Notes under the pieces: generated by a model
The model's input: the letters and a program-made list of their open reading frames with translations, nothing else
What the model was told of the DNA's origin: nothing
The model's database searches: none
Position numbers and translations under genes: made by a program
Part shown: in pieces, positions 1 through 9,553 of the stretch
How positions within the stretch are numbered: the first letter of the stretch is position 1
Layout: every line of letters begins with the position of its first letter
Source: Bacteroidales bacterium
Lineage (GTDB): Bacteria > Bacteroidota > Bacteroidia > Bacteroidales > CAIWKO01
Reading direction: 5' to 3'
DNA length: 53,002 nt
Assembly: GCA_035389045.1 (NCBI GenBank)
Contig: DAOORA010000025.1
Coordinates: 1-53,002 of the forward strand

Positions 1-100
1 ATTTCCTTTTCAAATGAAATTGTAAGATGATCCTATGCTATAAAATCGCTGACTGGAACAGGCGGGGAAGAAAATGGAGTTTTCGTTCAGACACAATTTA

Positions 101-288
101 GAGTTTGTCCATAATGTCCGATTTCTTTCCCGCTTGCCTACCGCCATTCGGGCAGGGTTACTCTTGTCTTGAAAACAGTTGTCCGCCAACTGGCGGACTC
201 CTTGATTTTCGAGACTACGAAAGCCCGCCTGCCTGTGCTCAGGATACGGACGGGCAGGCCTTGAACTCGAACATTCTGGTTCAAACTC
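101..288. mobile_element. MITE-like non-autonomous element with nested palindromes
   Basis: Imperfect terminal inverted repeats GAGTTTGTCCATAATGT (101-117) and ACATTCTGGTTCAAACTC (271-288), flanked by TTA and TGA; internal GC-rich palindromes at 133-156, 181-198 and 228-258; no plausible coding content. Confidence 0.55.
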
Positions 289-395
289 TGACTTTTTGGA
301 CTGGCACTATTTATAGTTTGCAAAAAAACGTACCGTAATTTATTCTTGAAATGTACATTGTTTCACGAAATCGGAAACGATTTTGTGAAACGGCT

Positions 396-1013
396 TTAAA
401 AACTTACCTCCAGGGCTTTTTCAGTAAGAAATTGCTTTATTTCATCTTCTGGAACGGGTGATAAAACAAACTCAACGGGTTCAGAAAAATCTATGTCTTT
501 AAAAAAAGCTAATTGTTCTCGAAATAACTTTTCTGAAAATTGTGATGGGAAAATTGTACATGCCGCGTTACTAATCTCTTGAATAGTATGATAGTTTTTT
601 AAAATAAAGAACAAATCCACATAATCTTTCCATTTTGATCTTCGCTCAAGTGCAAAAGCTTTCATTGATGCTAATGACAATAAACTTGGCATCGAAATAA
701 CCGATTCAACTTTTACAGGATGTGCAATAGGGAAAGGAAAACTAAAAAAAGTAAGTTTTACATTGTTAAGGTGAAGGTGTAATTGGTCGTAATCTTCAAA
801 TAATGGCATTTGTTTGAAAGGTATTTCATTTAATTTGCTTTTAATTCTGTACTTCACAAGTTTTGAAGTAGTAAACAAATCAAAATCTATAGACCGTCTA
901 TGCCCAATATGCAATGCGATAGCTGTCCCTCCAACTAAATAAAAAGTTCTTTGGAAATGTTTTAAATATGGCAATAGTTCAACTTGCTGCTTATTAAGAA
1001 TCTCATAGTGCAT
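396..1013 (-). CDS. AbiEii/AbiGii-family nucleotidyltransferase toxin (type IV TA-like)
   Basis: 205 aa; N-terminal FYLVGGTAIALHIGHRRSIDFDLF (GG..R.S.D.D nucleotidyltransferase motif) and KxxALxRR..KDYVDL motif. Confidence 0.85.
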   Translation of the reverse strand: MHYEILNKQQVELLPYLKHFQRTFYLVGGTAIALHIGHRRSIDFDLFTTSKLVKYRIKSKLNEIPFKQMPLFEDYDQLHLHLNNVKLTFFSFPFPIAHPVKVESVISMPSLLSLASMKAFALERRSKWKDYVDLFFILKNYHTIQEISNAACTIFPSQFSEKLFREQLAFFKDIDFSEPVEFVLSPVPEDEIKQFLTEKALEVSF

Positions 1014-1284
1014 AACGATTGAATAGAAGTGTAAAATAATTAATTGTCAATTCATGATAATTGTTTTTTCGACGATCGCTAATGTCAATCGAGTTAAAGA
1101 AAATTTCCGCAACTTTTTTTATACCATACAACTTAAATAATTTTTTAATTGCAGGCATTTCACCATAATTCAATATGGTCTCCACTAAGAACTCAGGGCT
1201 GATCTCTTCTTTTTCATCCTCGGGTGTATACCAGAAAAGAGCTGAGTTTTCTCGAATAAAAGCTTTGATTTCAGGGCTATTCAT
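1003..1284 (-). CDS. small putative antitoxin partner (DUF6922-like)
   Basis: 93 aa with LFW...VETILNYG motif; overlaps the start of the nucleotidyltransferase gene by 11 nt. Confidence 0.7.
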   Translation of the reverse strand: MNSPEIKAFIRENSALFWYTPEDEKEEISPEFLVETILNYGEMPAIKKLFKLYGIKKVAEIFFNSIDISDRRKNNYHELTINYFTLLFNRYAL

Positions 1285-1300
1285 GTTGAATATTGATATA

Positions 1301-1308
1301 CAAATATA
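1301..1308 (-). promoter_or_regulatory. Bacteroidota sigma-A -7 element (TATATTTG) for the TA operon
   Basis: Matches TAnnTTTG 16 nt upstream of the ATG at 1284. Confidence 0.6.
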
Positions 1309-1490
1309 GTAATTTTAATCCTTATTACCAAGCGTTTTCTATTCAATTTTTTCAAATGCCCCGCACTTAAATTCTTTATTATTTCTCTGGTCATACCTGT
1401 TTAATACCGATTGCCATCAGTTTAAAAAAAAACCGAAAAGTGTCAATTATTTATAAATTATGCATTGTTTTCTGGTGTAAAAATAAGATT

Positions 1491-1890
1491 TTTTCTATAC
1501 TTTTTTGCTTGTCCAAAAAAGTAAACAAAAAAGGACCTCCTGTCGAATGCTTCAGCCCGCTCTCAGAAAACAATGAAAATCTAAGCAAAGTAGTCCCGAC
1601 GCAGCATAGCCGGTCGGGAAACCCCGCCTGTAGCGGGGCCTTTGCAGATTTTCAAATGTTTTCTGATTCACGCCACCGCCGGCTCGCCCGCCAGGAATTG
1701 CCCGCGCGCCAAATATCGGCTAACCTGTCCCGAAAAAGCCGAATTGTTTCGCAGAAACAAAGTGCGCTGGCAAGAAAATATGTCGGTGTCAGGGAGTGGC
1801 TTGTGCGAAGCCTGCCTGGCGGCAGACAGGGTTCGATATATATTTTCTTGAATTTTTTGGTACTTTTTGTTTCAAGACAAAAAGGACAAT
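1491..1890. repeat. structured intergenic element (multi-hairpin; MITE/REP-like or ncRNA candidate)
   Basis: Terminal hairpins TACTTTTTTG-CTTGTC-CAAAAAAGTA (1498-1523) and CTTTTTGT-TTCAAG-ACAAAAAG (1863-1884); long stem 1563-1590 pairing with 1640-1666, enclosing hairpins 1594-1619 and 1622-1638. Confidence 0.55.
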
Positions 1891-1973
1891 AAAAAAAAAT
1901 TGTTAAATATTTTTTCTATCGGCCTGTCTGCTGGCCAGGCAGGCATAACCCTGTCTGCCTTCAGCCAGGCAGG
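1811..1973. repeat. three short CCTGYCTG..CAGRCAGG palindromes (REP-like)
   Basis: Copies at 1811-1830, 1923-1943 and 1950-1973; related copies at 133-156, 228-258 and 18084-18105. Confidence 0.7.
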
Positions 1974-2020
1974 CAAAGTATGAAATTGTAGTATGTCTTT
2001 GTACTATCTACAATTTCACG

Positions 2021-2158
2021 TTAGTATAAATTACACAGCATTTCTTCTTCGGGTTCATCACAGGTGTTCTTCTTGCAGATAATACAAAGCCACGGCTTGG
2101 GAAGGTTTTCAGGATGTATCTGATTCCCGTCATCATCGTAAAAACTGTTGTATCTCAT
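2021..2158 (-). CDS. small Cys-rich protein (45 aa), possibly C-terminally truncated; absent from the ORF track
   Basis: Manual translation MRYNSFYDDDGNQIHPENLPKPWLCIICKKNTCDEPEEEMLCNLY*; ATG preceded by an A/T-rich leader; directly downstream of the helicase on the same strand. Confidence 0.5.
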   Translation of the reverse strand: MRYNSFYDDDGNQIHPENLPKPWLCIICKKNTCDEPEEEMLCNLY

Positions 2159-2216
2159 AAATTATTTTGTTTTATTTGTGAATGCCGGACCTGGAAAATA
2201 TTTGGCGCAACAGGTA

Positions 2217-4721
2217 CTATCCCTTTTTAAACAACTGAAGTAATCCGCTAAGCGCCGTCACCGCCTGTTCAATGACTTTTTCTTCAGGAACAGGAATTTT
2301 GAAATATGTCTTTCCGCTTGCCGGATCTTTCTCAACAAATGAGGAAACAGAGGTCTTTCCTGTTTTTGTGTCCTGGAGTGAATTGCCTAATTTTTGTAAA
2401 AAATCAAGGCCGGTGATAAATAATTCGCTTAAAGCATTTGTCGATGCTGCCGGAGACTGAACCATCTCTTCAGCATGAACAGGGGTTTTGACGTCTTCCT
2501 GGTCAGCAAGCGTATCTGTAACTTCTAAAGCTTCAACTAATTCTGTTATCACTTCCGGCTTCTGGTTCACTTCTATCTCGTTGCTGTTTTCTTCAGCAGA
2601 AAGAACAGGCTCCATGGATTCCACCGGTGCATCGGTGATCTGTTCCACCGTCCTCATAAACTGTTTGAACTTGTCTTCGCCCATAAACACGTTGTTTTCA
2701 CCCTGGTCAAACACGCCGGTAAAGACACTTTGTTTAAAGCCGATCAAACCTAATATTCTCTCTTCAATAGTTCCTGTCGAGATAAAATTTATTACCTGCA
2801 CATGTTTTTTCTGGCCGATCCTGTGAATCCGCGCTATCCTTTGTTCCAGAACGGCCGGATTCCAGGGGATATCCAGATTGATGACCGTACCGGCACACTG
2901 CAAGTTCAGCCCCACCCCGCCGGCATCCGTAGAGAGAAATACCCGTGATTTTGGGTTATTATGAAAATTATCAAGCAAATCTTTTCGCTTTTCGCTGGGA
3001 ACACCACCATGCAGGTATTCGTAATCAATTTTAATCCCGTCTAATTCTTGCGCGACCAAACGCGTCATCCGTTCCCACTGGCTGAAAATGACCACCTTTT
3101 CATCTTTATTCTCAAATATCTCTTCAAGAATGATCATCAGCTCCTCTATTTTCGTATCAAACCGTGTTTTTTGGTCGAGGATATACGTGCTATCGCTCAC
3201 CATCCTCATGCAGTTAAGAAAAATAAGTAATTTTTGCCGGTCTTGTTCCGACAGATATTTAAAACGCCTCCATTTATCTACTAATCTGCAAACACCCTCA
3301 TAATAATCAATATGAATGTCCCTTTGTTCAGGGGTTACCGGAACAAAATAATTTTTATCTGTTCTTTCGGGCAACTGACGGGCGATTTCTTTTTTGTTTC
3401 GCCTTATCAGGATCGGTTGTAACGTTTTATTGATTTCATGTAAGTTCGTATACCCGATTACTTTTCCGTTTTCATCGGTGGTCTGGTGGTTGTGTAAAAA
3501 ACGGAACAGCGGTCCCAGCCTGAAAATGTCAATAAACTGTATGATCGAATGTAGTTCTTCAAGTTTGTTTTCAAGCGGTGTTCCTGTAAGGACGAATGCA
3601 TATTCGGAAGACAAAGATTTTACATTTTGTGCGGTTTTTGTTTTCCAGTTTTTTATCCGTTGAGCTTCATCGAGGATGATCAGGTCAGGAGCAAATTTGT
3701 TTATATATGCAAGGTCGCTTTTGATCACATTGTAACTGGCAATCTTGTAAAAGGAGTCATTCTCATATAATTCATGTCTTTTTGTCGCCATGCCTTCGAT
3801 GACCACAGCCTCTTTGGACGTGAATTTTTTAATTTCAGATTTCCATTGATATTTAAGGGATGTAGGGCAGATCACGATTACTTTCTCCACGCCAAATTCC
3901 TTTGACATCAGTTCGGCGGCCCCTATGGCCTGTATGGTTTTCCCCAGCCCCATTTCGTCTGCTATCAGGCAACGCCCTGTTTTTGCCGCAAACAGTATTC
4001 CTTCTTTCTGGTAGGGATATAATTGAGCATTCAGCAGATCTTTGAAAAGATGTCCGGATTTGAGATCGTATTTCTGATCAATGATAAGCTTCCTTTTACC
4101 CTCGCTTCTTTTTCCGATGATATAATCTATGGCATCCTGATAACAACGGAATTCAGGGTCTGTTTTCGTTGCTTTGGCAAGAAATTTTTCAAAATGTTCA
4201 AAACTTGATTCCTTAAGAAAATGTTCATTTGTGAAATATTCTTTCGATAACTTTTCCATTTCTAAGGCATTCCTCGTGCCTATCCTCAGGAAAATTTTTC
4301 TTTCATTGCCATAACGCAGACTTATCGAAGAGTATTCCGGCATGTAGCCTTCTTTGAAATACTTATTATTGGATTTTTTCTTTTTTAACTGGAAAAGCAC
4401 GTATTCGATATGCTTGCAGGTGCCAAGCGTCGTTACCTTGAAATCGGGACAAGAGCAGAAATTCAAACCGAATTTTTCATCCCTGATAGCAACTTTGTAT
4501 GTTTTTTTTGTGTTGGGGTTATAAATGTTAAAATCAGAAAACACAGGGTGTTGCCCGATATTTTCCACACTAAAATGTTGTTCCGGGGCAAATTGTTTAC
4601 GCAGGGCGATCTGCCATTCTTCCAGAGTCATTTTCTCTGGCTTGTAGGCGTAAGGAACTTTCGCCTGCTTCAGTTTGTTTTTTGTTGCTTTCTTTTTTAA
4701 TGAACCTTTTTTTGTTTTCAT
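2217..4721 (-). CDS. SNF2-family (DEAD/DEAH-like) helicase with N-terminal SWIM zinc finger
   Basis: 834 aa; SWIM CSCPDF...CKH; Walker A LIADEMGLGKT; DEAQ; LTGTPLEN; HELICc STDAGGVGLNLQ and WNPAVLEQRIARIHRIGQ. Confidence 0.92.
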   Translation of the reverse strand: MKTKKGSLKKKATKNKLKQAKVPYAYKPEKMTLEEWQIALRKQFAPEQHFSVENIGQHPVFSDFNIYNPNTKKTYKVAIRDEKFGLNFCSCPDFKVTTLGTCKHIEYVLFQLKKKKSNNKYFKEGYMPEYSSISLRYGNERKIFLRIGTRNALEMEKLSKEYFTNEHFLKESSFEHFEKFLAKATKTDPEFRCYQDAIDYIIGKRSEGKRKLIIDQKYDLKSGHLFKDLLNAQLYPYQKEGILFAAKTGRCLIADEMGLGKTIQAIGAAELMSKEFGVEKVIVICPTSLKYQWKSEIKKFTSKEAVVIEGMATKRHELYENDSFYKIASYNVIKSDLAYINKFAPDLIILDEAQRIKNWKTKTAQNVKSLSSEYAFVLTGTPLENKLEELHSIIQFIDIFRLGPLFRFLHNHQTTDENGKVIGYTNLHEINKTLQPILIRRNKKEIARQLPERTDKNYFVPVTPEQRDIHIDYYEGVCRLVDKWRRFKYLSEQDRQKLLIFLNCMRMVSDSTYILDQKTRFDTKIEELMIILEEIFENKDEKVVIFSQWERMTRLVAQELDGIKIDYEYLHGGVPSEKRKDLLDNFHNNPKSRVFLSTDAGGVGLNLQCAGTVINLDIPWNPAVLEQRIARIHRIGQKKHVQVINFISTGTIEERILGLIGFKQSVFTGVFDQGENNVFMGEDKFKQFMRTVEQITDAPVESMEPVLSAEENSNEIEVNQKPEVITELVEALEVTDTLADQEDVKTPVHAEEMVQSPAASTNALSELFITGLDFLQKLGNSLQDTKTGKTSVSSFVEKDPASGKTYFKIPVPEEKVIEQAVTALSGLLQLFKKG

Positions 4722-4779
4722 ACAGACAAAAAATAAATAATTTGATGATGTCGGATTTATTACTTGGTTTTTTTGCTTT

Positions 4780-7700
4780 TTACTTGGTCTTATCCGGAAA
4801 CTCCGGTATCGGCGGCAGTTTTGTATCCACTTTTTTCAGTTCTTCCAGTATCAGTTCTATGGCTTTGTTCAATTGCTCATCTTCACCGGCATATTCTTTA
4901 GCCGGATCATTGATGATAACCACATCGGGGTCTACTCCATGACCTTCGATGATCCATTTTTTGCCTGTGGCATCGTAATGGGCAAATTCAGGTTTGTTCA
5001 GGAAACCGCCGTCAATCAAAGGAAGTGAACCCCTGATGCCGACTACGCCGCCCCAGGTGCGCTGTCCGACCAGTTTCCCGATCTTTAATTCTTTAAACTG
5101 ATAGGGGAAAAGGTCGCCGTCCGAAGCTGAATACTGGTCGATAAGGCAGATTTTAGGGCCGTATTGTTGCCCGATCCCTGCCGTGGCCTGGCTGGTATTA
5201 CGGGCTATTTTCATGTAGACCAGCTCACGGTTCAGCCGTTCGATGATCATAGGGGAGACATTGCCGCCTCCATTGCCGCGGTCGTCGATGATCAGGGCAT
5301 TTTTTGAAAGTTGCGGATAAAAATGTTTTACAAATTCGTTCAGCCCTTCGACGCCCATATTGGGTATGTGGATGTAACCCACCCTGCCGTTGGTGGCGTC
5401 ATTGACTTTCTTTATATTTGACTGCACCCAGTTATAATAATACAATCCCGATTCATCCTCAGCGGGAATTACAATGACCTTATGAGCGCCCTGGTCTGAT
5501 GCCGTGCTGTTGACCGTAAGCTCAACCTGCTCGCCGGCCGTATTGACCAGCAATTCATAAATATTTTTTGTGTTGATCACAGATTTCCCGTTTACCGCGA
5601 TGATATAATCGCCTTCCTTTACATCCACGCCGACTTCGGTGAGCGGTGAGCGCGTGTTGTTGGTCCAGTTTTCTCCGCGGAGGATTTTTTCAATTTTAAA
5701 ATAACCTGATTTGTCTTTGGTGATCGTTGCCCCCAGCAGCCCCATTTTAATTTTTGCAGCTTCCGGTTTGTCGCCGCCGCCGGTGTATGCATGGCCCACG
5801 CTCAACTCTCCGATCATCTCACCAATGAGGTAGGTCAGGTCGGCACGGTGGTTTACGTATGCGGTCAGCGGCTCGTATTTTTTATAGATTGCTTTCCAGT
5901 TGACGCCGTGCATGCCGGGATCATAAAAGAAATCGCGCATCTGACGCCACGATTCGGTGAATATCTGTTTCCATTCTTCTTTCAGGTTCACCCAGACCTT
6001 CATGTTGGAAAGGTCGGTATAATCTTTTAATTCTAATTTCGTTTTGGGCAGGTCCGACACTGCATATTTGCCTCCGTCGTTTATGACCATTTTCTTTTTG
6101 TCGGACGATATGATGTAGCTGCCGTAAGCGCCGAGAAAGGTTTCTTTTTTTTCTTTCAGGTCATAAACCATCAGCGAGGCCTTGGGCTCGGAAGCCGTGG
6201 TGCGGCAATAATACACGGCATTGCCGGCGCTGTTGATGTTCCAGTAACGGCCGGCGCCNNNNNNNNNNNNNNNNNNNNNNNNNNNNNNNNNNNNNNNNNN
6301 NNNNNNNNNNNNNNNNNNNNNNNNNNNNNNNNNNNNNNNNNNNNNNNNNNNNNNNNNNGAGGTCGTAAAGGTAAATTTTTGTTTCGGCGGTTTTATCCGG
6401 TTTCGCGTAGGCCAGCCATTTGCTGTCGGGCGCCCAGCCAAATTCTGTAAATTCCCCGTCAACAGATTTGTCCACCTCGGTGATCTTTTTGCTGTCAATG
6501 TCGACAAAACGGAGTCTTAGCATTTTATCGGCCCACAGCAGTTTTTTACTGTCGGGCGACCATACCGGCTGATATTTATAGGTATCTGATTTGTCCGTGA
6601 TTTTCACCGGAGCCGACGAGCCGTCCTGGGCGATGATGTATATCTCGTCTTCTCCGCTGGCATCGGAGATATACGCTATATATTTTCCGTCGGGCGACCA
6701 GGTGGCGTTGCGGTCGTGAACGCCGGAGGTCTGTGTGAGGTTGCGCGTGATGCCGCTTTTGGCAGGGACGGTGTACACGTCGCCTCTGCCGCTGAAGACA
6801 AGCCTTTTTCCGTCGGGGGCGATATCGTATGAAGAAATATTTTTTGAGGCGTCTTTCATCTCGTTACGGCCGGTGTTCAGGTCGTCGGCGATCTGGATGG
6901 TTACTTTTACGGATTTCTGGGTTTTAAGGTCAAAAGTGTAGATGTATCCGCCGTTTTCGAACACGATGGCGCTGTCGCCGAGCGAAGGAAACTTGATGTC
7001 GAATTCGGTAAAGTCGGTTAGTTTTTTGGTTTCTTTGCTGTTCAGGTCATAGCTGAAGAGGTTCATGGTGCGGTCCCTGTCGGAGAGAAAATAGATGTGA
7101 TCGCCAACCCACATCGGGTAAACGTCCTGGGCAATATGGCTGGTGATGTTGATCGTGGTTTTTTCGTTGAAATCATAGATCCAGATGTCGTCGGCCATGC
7201 CTCCTTTATAGTATTTCCATGTGCGGAATTCGCGGAACACCCTGTTGTAGGCCAGTTTGGTTTTATCCGGCGAATAGCTGCAGAATCCGCCGCAGGGCAG
7301 GGGCAGTTCCTCGCACATGCCGCCGCCGGCATCCACCTGATAAAGCTGGCCTTTGAAGTCGTTAAACGATTTCATGCGTGAGCGGAACACCAGTGTCTGC
7401 TCATCTTTCCAGGCCATCAGGATATTGTTGGTCCCCATGCGGTCGCTGAGATCATCGCGTCCGAGTGTGGCCGTATAGGTCAGGCGTTTGGGGACGCCGC
7501 CTTCCGCCGGCATCACATAAATTTCGGTGTTGCCGTCGTACTGTGCCGTGAAGCCTATGTTTTTGCCGTCGGGCGAGAACTTTGCAAACATCTCATACCC
7601 GATGTCGTTGGTCAGTTTGCGGGCGATGCCGCCTTTTTTATCCACGGTATAGAGGTCGCCGGCGTATGAAAAAACAATTTTGTTTCCGTAGATTGTCGGA

Positions 7701-7789
7701 AAGCGCAGCAGCCTCATCTCGTTCTGCGCAAAGGTGTTTGCGGCTATGCAAAAGGACAGGAGCAGGGTGAAAACTATTTTATATCTCAT
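4780..7789 (-). CDS. tricorn protease (S41 family; PD40 beta-propellers, PDZ, catalytic domain), interrupted by an assembly gap
   Basis: Signal peptide plus RLLRFP..YAGDLY and SPDGK repeats in the 5' part; EWKQIFTESWRQMRDFFYDP, GELSVGH, IDDRGNGGG, SASDGD, RTWGGVVG and EGHGVDPD in the 3' part; the two ORF-track pieces join across the N run. Confidence 0.92.
6259..6358. other. scaffold gap (100 N)
   Basis: Run of n in the sequence. Confidence 1.
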
Positions 7790-7813
7790 AAAAACTTTGT
7801 TTTGTGTGAGCTA

Positions 7814-7821
7814 CAAATATA
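7814..7821 (-). promoter_or_regulatory. -7 element TATATTTG for the tricorn protease
   Basis: TAnnTTTG 24 nt upstream of the ATG at 7789. Confidence 0.6.
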
Positions 7822-8006
7822 GCAAAATGCTTCATTACTTAGCGGGGCAAAAAAAGAAAAGATAAAATCAAATCAAATCAATTTCTAATTTTGTCATATA
7901 AATATTTATTATTTTTGGGAGGATGTTTTAAATGAAATAAACCAAAATGCAGTATTAAAATTTATGAACAGCCCCTCAGCTTACCAAAACTGACCAAGCC
8001 AACTTT

Positions 8007-8098
8007 TTCGGAGCAAATTATGCCACTTTTGAAATAATGTAGAGCTAATAGAGGTAAAAATTCCTAAAAGTTTCTGTTTTCGCAAAGTTTTAGGAAAT
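8007..8098 (+). repeat. direct-repeat module 1 (partial IS21-like end repeat + palindrome)
   Basis: TTCGGAGCAAATTATGCCACTTTT ... AAAAATTCCTAAAAGTTTCTGTTTTCGCAAAGTTTTAGGAAAT. Confidence 0.85.
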
Positions 8099-8259
8099 TG
8101 ACTATTCCGGAGCAAAGTATGCCACGATTCCGGAGTAAACTATGCCAGTGATTCCGGAGCAAAGTATGCCACTTTTAGAAGTGATGCAGAGCTTAATGAA
8201 TTAAAAATTCCTAAAAGTTTCTGTTTTTGCAAAGTTTTAGGAATTTTTATCTACCTTTG
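8099..8259 (+). repeat. direct-repeat module 2: TG-initiated IS21-like end with three 21-bp repeats, palindrome and TACCTTTG promoter
   Basis: TGACT, then ATTCCGGAGYAAASTATGCCAS three times (8104, 8127, 8151), TTCCTAAAA..TTTTAGGAA palindrome (8208-8243), -7 element at 8252-8259 just before the ATPase ATG. Confidence 0.8.
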
Positions 8260-8263
8260 TCTT

Positions 8264-9481
8264 ATGCAAAGTCTGCCCCGAAAACGATATTTAGAAACGC
8301 TTCGCGTTCTCAAAGACAAAAATCTCATTAAAGTTGCCACAGGTGTGAGGCGTTGTGGAAAATCAACCTTAATGACACAATTTCAGGAATTGTTGCGCAA
8401 AGAAAATTCAAAAACTCCTATTTTGGCAATCAATATGGATATGCCTGAATTTAGGTTTTTAGTGGAAAAAAGTTGGAAAGACGTTTACGGTTACATAATA
8501 AAACACCTCAAAAAAAACACAACAAATTATGTGTTTATTGACGAAGTGCAAAACGTACCAGAGTTTGAAAAACTATTGGAAGGTTTGTTTGTTCAGCCCA
8601 ACATAGATTTGTACATTACAGGTTCAAATGCTTTTTTGCTTTCAAGTGAACTTGCTACTTTGCTCACGGGAAGGGCATACGAAATAAATGTGTTGCCTTT
8701 TTCTTTTGCAGAATTTTTGGAGTTTACAGGCAAATCGGCCAATCCTGACCGTGCGTTTGCCGAGTATATGCATATTGGGGGCTTTCCCGAAGCAGTCAGG
8801 CTTTCGGCAGACGGAAATCATTTTGCGAATGAATATTTGCAAATGGTTTTCAAAAACATTTTCAACAACGATATTTCTAAACGCCATGCCATTTATGGTG
8901 AAGAATCGTATCAGGAAGTTGTAAATTTTTTAATAGATTCTGTTGGTTCAAGCGTTTCGGCTGGAAATATTTCAAAAGTTTTAACAGCAAACAAGAAGAA
9001 AATAGACAACAAAACCGTGTCAAAATACATTGACACTTTAGTTGAAGCTTATTTGTTTTACAAAGTAAACCGTTACGACATTAAGGGCAAACAACATCTC
9101 GCCACCCAGCAAAAATATTATCTGGTTGATTTAGGATTTCGCAATGCCTTACTTGGAAAAGAACTCGCAAGTGATGCTGGTCATTTACTGGAAAATGTAA
9201 TTTACCTTGAACTGAAACGCAGAAACTACCAGGTATGGATAGGAAAATCTAATAATCTGGAAGTGGATTTTATGGCACGCAATAATGAAGGGTTTACGCA
9301 ATATATACAAGTTTCACAAACGGCACAAAACGCAGCGACTTTAGCTCGTGAGTTGGCGCCATTTGACAGGATTGCCGACCACCACGAAAAAATTTTAGTC
9401 ACCATGGACTACGATACAGGAACAATCAATGGAGTAAAAAAAATAAATGCAATTGACTGGCTGACAAACTCTGATAAATGA
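8264..9481 (+). CDS. AAA+ ATPase (AAA_14 + DUF4143-like C-terminal domain)
   Basis: 405 aa; Walker A GVRRCGKST, Walker B FIDEVQ, ITGSNAFLLS.ELATLLTGR, GGFP, KYYLVDLGFRN, LENVIYLEL, EVDF. Confidence 0.92.
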   Translation: MQSLPRKRYLETLRVLKDKNLIKVATGVRRCGKSTLMTQFQELLRKENSKTPILAINMDMPEFRFLVEKSWKDVYGYIIKHLKKNTTNYVFIDEVQNVPEFEKLLEGLFVQPNIDLYITGSNAFLLSSELATLLTGRAYEINVLPFSFAEFLEFTGKSANPDRAFAEYMHIGGFPEAVRLSADGNHFANEYLQMVFKNIFNNDISKRHAIYGEESYQEVVNFLIDSVGSSVSAGNISKVLTANKKKIDNKTVSKYIDTLVEAYLFYKVNRYDIKGKQHLATQQKYYLVDLGFRNALLGKELASDAGHLLENVIYLELKRRNYQVWIGKSNNLEVDFMARNNEGFTQYIQVSQTAQNAATLARELAPFDRIADHHEKILVTMDYDTGTINGVKKINAIDWLTNSDK

Positions 9482-9553
9482 GGGCGAACAGCCAGCCTAT
9501 AGAACGATAGCCGAAAAGCCCCTTCGCTGTAGGGAACCCAATCTCCATAAGCC

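Noticed and set aside
105..338. ORFs 105..338 and 138..323
   Set aside because: They lie within a MITE-like palindromic element, use non-ATG starts and have no recognisable motifs
1440..1892. ORFs 1440..1892 and 1642..1851
   Set aside because: Translations of a structured repeat; the LPGGRQ peptide comes from the CCTGCCTG palindrome
4780..7789. Frameshifted or split tricorn protease pseudogene
   Set aside because: The frame change falls in the 100-N scaffold gap of arbitrary length; both halves are intact
8099..8172. Mini-CRISPR or plasmid iterons
   Set aside because: Repeats are nearly adjacent (23-24 bp period) with no spacers and no rep gene; the TG start fits an IS21-like end better
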